64,000 nt of DNA from contig CM126215.1 in NCBI GenBank assembly GCA_052327205.1, positions 44,144,001-44,208,000 on the forward strand, in the 5' to 3' direction. Positions 58,637 to 64,000 of this stretch are shown piece by piece; positions within the stretch are counted from its first letter, which is position 1, and every line of letters begins with the position of its first letter. This stretch comes from Somniosus microcephalus (taxonomy: Eukaryota). Both the position numbers and the translations under genes were made by a program. The notes beneath the pieces were generated by a model. That model was not told the origin of the DNA. It saw only the letters and a list, made by a program, of their open reading frames with translations, and did not search any database.

Positions 58637-61138
58637 TTGGCGGGAAATACTATCTTCTCTAAAGTCGACCTCGTCCGTGGATATCACCAGGTTCCAGTGC
58701 ACCCACAAGACGTCCCGAAAACCGCTGTCATCACCCCTTTTGGCCTCTTTGAGTTCCTGCGGATGCCGTTTGGCTTAAAGGACGCAGCACAGGCGTTCCA
58801 GCGTTTAATGGACTCCGTTCTTCGGGACCTGCGTTTCCTTTTCATCTACCTTGACGACACACTCATCGCCAGTCCCAGCAAGGAGGAGCACATCTCCCAT
58901 TTGCGTTCCCTCTTTACGCGCCTCAGCCAACACGGTTTAATCATCAACCCGGCCAAGTGCCAGTGCGGCCTGCAACAAATCGACTTCCTGGGACACCGCA
59001 TAACATCGGACGGCGCCATCCCTTTGGCGACGAAGGTTGAGGCGGTTACTTCTTTCCCGCTGCCGTCGACAGTCAAGGCCTTGCAGGAGTTCCTGGGGAT
59101 GGTCAACTTCTACCACCATTTCATCCCCAAGGCGACTCAACTCATGCAACCCTTGTTCGGGGCCCTCAAGGGCAAGTCCGGTAAAGACCCAATCAGCTGG
59201 ACAGCTGAAATGATCAAGGCATTCGGCGACACCAAGAACGCTTTGGCCAACGCAACCATGCTGGCACACCCACTTCCAGGTGCTACTATCGCCCTTACCA
59301 CCGACACGTCAGACTACACCATCGGTGCGGTGCAAGAACAATGGGTCAACGGCACGTGGCAACCGCTGGCGTTTTTCAGCCGTCAATTGCGAGCAAATGA
59401 AAAAAAGAACAGCACCTTCGATAGGGAGCTACTGGCCCTTTTCCTCGCCATTCGCCATTTCCGGTTTTTATTGGAGGGGCGCCCCTTCACGGCTTTTGTC
59501 GACCACAAACCCCTTACATTCGCCATGGCCAAGACCACCGAACCGTGGTCCGCTAGTCAACAACGTCACTTGACGTTCATTTCCGAATTTACTACGAACA
59601 TTCAACATGTGTCTGGTAAGGACAACCTGGTGGCAGATTGCCTCTCCCGTGCGACGGTCCACGCGGTGCACCTGGGGATCGACTACGCCCTCATGGCGAA
59701 ATATCAGGTTTCGGATTCGGAGGTCCAATCATATCGAACCGTTCCCTCCAGCTTCCAAGCGACCGACGTCGTCATCCAGGACACAGGTGCCATGCTCCTT
59801 TGCGACGTTTCCATGGGAGTTCCTCGTCCCATAGTGCCAGTCGCATGGCGCCGGAGGGTTTTTGATGCCATACACGGGTTGTCGCACCCAGGGATGAAGG
59901 TTTTGCAACGGCTTATGTCAGCCAAGTTTGTCTGGAAGGGGATGCATATCGATGTCCGTGACTGGGCTAATACCTGCGTCGTATGCCAGAAGGCCAAAGT
60001 CCAGCGTCATGTCAAGGCTCCAGTAGCTGCATTTACTGTTCCGGAGCATCGTTTCGACCACGTGCATGTGGACCTCATGGGGCCGCTTCCGCCTTCTCAG
60101 GGTTATACTCATCTCCTTACCATAGTGGACCGCACCACTAGGTGGCCAGAGACAATTCCTTTGGTTTCCACCACGTCGGCAGATGTCGCTAGAGCTTTCA
60201 TCTCCTGTTGGGTCGCCCGTTTCGGGGTACCGGCAGATATCTCCTCTGACCGCGGGCCACAATTTTCCTCGGATCTTTGGAATGCTGTGGCTCAGGGGCT
60301 CGGTACCAAGCTTCATCGCACCACCGCCTATCATCCGCAGGCAAACGGCCTTTGCGAGCGATTCCACAGGTTGCTTAAAGCCTCTCTTCGGGCCAGTCTT
60401 CAAGGTGCAGGATGGGTGGACAGACTCCCATGGGTCCTGTTGGGTCTCCGTATGGCGCCCAAAGATGATCTACAATCGTCTTCAGCTGAACTTGTCTATG
60501 GCCAGCCACTCCGGGTACCAGGAGATTTCGTCCCTTCTCCCACAGAGCCATGGTCCGCCTCCCGGCAACTCGTTCGCCACCAAGAAGCGGCCAGATGCTT
60601 TGCCCCGATCCCTACGTCCAATCACGGTTTGCAGACCTCCTACGTGCCACCGGGATTGAAGAATGCGGAGTATGTCTTCATCCAACACGACGCTCACCGG
60701 GATCCGCTCAAGCCTCCATACACTGGTCCTTTCCGCATCATCGAACCAGGTGACAAATCCTTTGTGGTCGATGTTGGAGGGAAACTGGATCACATCTTGG
60801 TGGACCGCTTGAAGCCGGCTCACCTGGACCTGGACCACCCTGTCGTAGTCGCACAACCACCCAAACATGGCCAACTGCCCGTAGCCGCCGCACCTGATCA
60901 ACCAAAGCCGCCTGGCAACCCATCTGCGCTCGCCGCGCCTGCTCAGCCGCCACCGACTGCCAACGCATCCATCGGTCGTCAACTTCCTCTACCAGGGTAT
61001 CGAAGTCGATCGGACAGGCTCATCAGGCCTCCTCCTCGCCTCACCTTTTCTGTTAAAGACAATTCTCGGGGGGCGCATGTGGCGGAGCCACCAAAGGACT
61101 CAGAGCGGTTGTACATAATTGCTTTAACAGCAATGTAG
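58637..61138 (+). pseudogene. Gypsy C pol 3' part (RT, RNaseH, integrase), open but cut off from gag
   Basis: YLDD, DHKPL, HHCC and DDE motifs; the frame runs through the PPT into the 3' LTR. Confidence 0.9.
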
Positions 61139-61747
61139 TTACTGTCTGTGCCTGTACCTTTAATTACACTGTTTGACTGTACAATGCCAGTTACCTTTAC
61201 AGCACGTGATGACGTCATGCCGTTAGTCACGTGATGCCCCAATGGCGGGAAGAACGTGATGATGTCATGACGTCACTCTCCTGATCGGGGGATCAGTCCT
61301 CGTGGAGCCCTCAAGGAGAATAGACCTGTTATTGATGTGTCCTAGCAGTTTCCAGTTTAAACTCGTTTGTTTTCATTAAAGTTCATTAATTTAATTAACT
61401 CAGTCTTTTTGATAGGAACCTCCGTTCCTACAATGTCACATTTGCCACTTTCCAATCCTCAGGCACCTCCCCCACATCTAGGGAAGATTGGAAAATTATG
61501 GCAAGCCCTTCCGCTATCTTCTCCCCCCAATTCCCTTAGCAACCTAGGATGCAAGCCATCTGGACCAGGCGACTTGTCCACTCTAAGCATACCCAGCCTT
61601 TCTTAAGTCTTAAGAGAAGGGGAAGAATGGGAAATCGGGAAATATCTTGCTTTAACATACATCAATGTTTGCGTTAATGTCATACAATGTCATGCCATGT
61701 CCATTAATCTCAGCGTCAGTTAGCTCTAATTCAGTTTAAAAATTTAC

Positions 61748-61954
61748 CTTGGCTCCAAGGGCTTCACCTGAGATAACAACCACAGTTATGCCATCCTTGC
61801 TGGATTTGGGAATGGTTTTACTCAGCAATTCCAGGTACTGCGGTGCCACCATTTTCTTTGAACTTTTCAAGTTGACCCAAAGCTGAAGTCCATGCACAGG
61901 ATCATCAGATGATGGCATCTCACAGTGGACCACACCTCGACCAGCAGTCATCCA
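61748..61954 (-). CDS. PIR: Pirin internal exon (207 bp, phase 0-0)
   Basis: WMTAGRGVVHCEMP...HGLQLWVNL...VISGEALGAK cupin motif with the Fe-ligand H-x-E; acceptor TTTGACAG, donor GTAAAT. Confidence 0.95.
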
Positions 61955-62885
61955 CTGTCAAATAATCAAACATTGCACAACAACATTACTAAATTAGCTG
62001 ATCCCTCGCTGCGCACTCTCCGGTAGCCAGCCCGATGCTACAAAGTAACTGATTCCAAGGCTCATCCTTGGCAGATTTGCCGTTGAGATACAAACTATTT
62101 TACTGATTTCCATTGGTTGACTGTTATTCTTCTCCAATATCTGTGGACAGGGCAAAGCAACAAAGCAAGTTGAGACAGGAGCATAGGTAGTGAAAGGGGA
62201 TATGGCGTTATAGTCCGAATGATAAGTCACACTCCCATTCTGCAATGCTCTGCTCCATTCTGACAGTGCAGCCTCATCTAATTTACCCGGTTATTAGCTT
62301 GACATTTTTGGTGGAATGCAATTTGAATTATAGAATTATAATCTTTGGAGAAGGAAATGCTATTAGTTTTTATTTTATTAATTTTTACTATTGATTTCTC
62401 CAGAGTTTACACCCACACCTAAATATTTGATGAATCCACTGTACATTTTCATTCCACATTACTTGATCCACTAAAGCTTCTGGGCTTGGTTGCAGCTGTT
62501 CTGGGTGCAATGTCTGTTTAAAGGTTTGAGCAGCTTGTTATTGGTCTCTGGGTGTCAGTTGGTGAGGAAATGGATTGGGGTTATTCCTGAAGGCTGGTCG
62601 TCGCATCGAATGCCTGTTTTTGGGGAGGTTGATGTTGTTCGAGTTGATTTTGTTTGAGTTGTGTGGGGAAATAGGCTTGTAGAAATTGATACTGGGCCCG
62701 GTAGCTCTCGAATTAGGCTGCTTTCCAGGTTGTACCATCACTGGAAGCCCAGAGTGATTCATTTTAAATGGATTAACAACTTTGTTAAAATAGTGCATGT
62801 TTGGGCATCTTGCATATGTAATTGAGTCCCAGGAACTAAAATCTTATTGTGCCTCAGCATGCAAACTTGTCACTAGCTCTGTCAC

Positions 62886-63001
62886 AATTTGACACGCGTA
62901 TGTTAACCAGTGTGTTACTGATCCAGAATTTGACACGTGTATGTTAACCAGTGTGTTACTGATCCAGAATTTGACACGTGTATGTTAACCAGTGTGTTAC
63001 T
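62886..63001. repeat. 41-bp tandem repeat, ~2.8 copies
   Basis: AATTTGACACGYGTATGTTAACCAGTGTGTTACTGATCCAG at 62886, 62927 and 62968. Confidence 0.95.
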
Positions 63002-63246
63002 AACTGTTCTCAGCAGAATTCTGATCCACTAACTTTGAGATTTCTATGGAAATGATGACAGACAAAACAGCAGCAATTCAATTTGGCCACACGGACTTTC
63101 AAAGAACAACAAAAATAAGTAAGCATCAGAAGAAAAATCATGACTTCAAATGCAAGATTAAAATGCATTTTATTTATGCTTTTAAAACATTTTTCTCTGC
63201 TGGAGTAAGCAAGTTTGTAATTCAACAGGTTAGCACTATTTTTGTG

Positions 63247-63519
63247 AACCCACATCAATACTTGCAGACTGCACCCTTGGTGTTGTGCATTAGATATTAA
63301 TCCTCACTCATGTAAACCCACATCAATACTTGCAGACTGCACCCTTGGTGTTGTGCATTAGATATTAATCCTCACTCATGTAAACCCACATCAATACTTG
63401 CAGACTGCACCCTTGGTGTTGTGCATTAGATATCAATCCTCACTCATGTAAACCCACATCAATACTTGCAGATTGCACCCTTGGTGTTGTGCATTAGATA
63501 TTAATCCTCACTCATGTAA
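63247..63519. repeat. 68-bp tandem repeat, 4 copies
   Basis: AACCCACATCAATACTTGCAG... at 63247, 63315, 63383 and 63451. Confidence 0.95.
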
Positions 63520-63548
63520 GTGAAACATGCACCAAATCATTCATTTAC

Positions 63549-63629
63549 CTGCAAATCGCCAGGATTAATGGTTCCTTTGTGGCCACAAAAGTCTTCATGA
63601 TGAAAACTTCCATTCAATATGTAGGTTAC
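63549..63629 (-). CDS. PIR: Pirin internal exon (81 bp), upstream of the 207-bp exon; too short for the ORF track
   Basis: Translates VTYILNGSFHHEDFCGHKGTINPGDLQ; AG acceptor at 63630-63631, GTAAAT donor; splices in frame to WMTAGRG. Confidence 0.93.
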
Positions 63630-64000
63630 CTTTAATACAGAACCATAACGTCAATAGATTTATTCTGGGGTAACTGCAATTCTGTGATCTCGTAATACGG
63701 ATCAGACTAGGATGGGATTGGTTTAATAGTTTTGCTCTCAAACATTTAGTAAGCTAATTCAGGAATGTGTTCAATATGATTGATGACCTGAATTTAGCCA
63801 AATACTAAGTCCCTGATTTTAAGCTTGGGATGCGTTGGGAGCGGGGTGAGGGGTGACGGGCCGATTGTGTGCGGGAAACCCAAAAATAAGTGCAGCACGT
63901 CAGACAGTGGTTTTTTAACCCAGCCAACTCATTATCATTTTACTTCCAGGTTTCCCTGCAGCAGCCCACGTGATGTGATCGCAACTCTAGTGTTTAAAGG

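Larger units (their letters stand above)
53721..61432 (+). mobile_element. Ty3/Gypsy LTR retrotransposon C, tRNA-Trp PBS, interrupted by a CR1
   Basis: LTRs at 53721-54085 and 61078-61432, TSD ATGT, PBS TGGTGACCCCGAC at 54087; protein closely related to Gypsy B. Confidence 0.96.
52385..61602 (-). mobile_element. Old 5'-truncated CR1 (pieces 52385-53720 and 61433-61602) interrupted by Gypsy C
   Basis: RT motifs on the minus strand (NYRPVSLTSVVGK, KAFDKVPH); removing the insert restores VPEDWKVANVTSLFKKG. Confidence 0.9.

Noticed and set aside
63805-64000. Start of another MITE-like element
   Set aside because: Runs off the window; no second TIR or TSD to support it.

Overview
Eukaryotic, repeat-dominated genomic DNA. 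It is most likely from a cartilaginous fish, inferred from the Deu-domain SINE and the CR1 types present. About 30 kb is four unrelated tandem arrays: a ~22-bp G-run unit (1-7406), a 40-bp unit in two opposite orientations (10839-15190), a 10-bp CAGACA unit (16723-28960) and a 37-bp unit (34453-41260). Most of the rest is nested retroelements: three full-length Ty3/Gypsy LTR elements, a solo LTR, one full-length and several truncated CR1 LINEs, SINEs and MITEs. The only host coding sequence I recognise is two minus-strand pirin (PIR) exons at 63549-63629 and 61748-61954; no later pirin exon is visible in the remaining 61.7 kb. Most notable observations: (i) a T_TTA_AAN slippery heptamer at the CR1 ORF1 stop, with an AUG-less ORF2 in the -1 frame (candidate programmed frameshift); (ii) an apparently recombinant Gypsy element joining two different satellite arrays; (iii) an inversion recorded by a split CR1; (iv) 75-bp monomers in a CR1 5' UTR. 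Long ORFs in the satellites are artefacts. All calls are by eye, without database searches.
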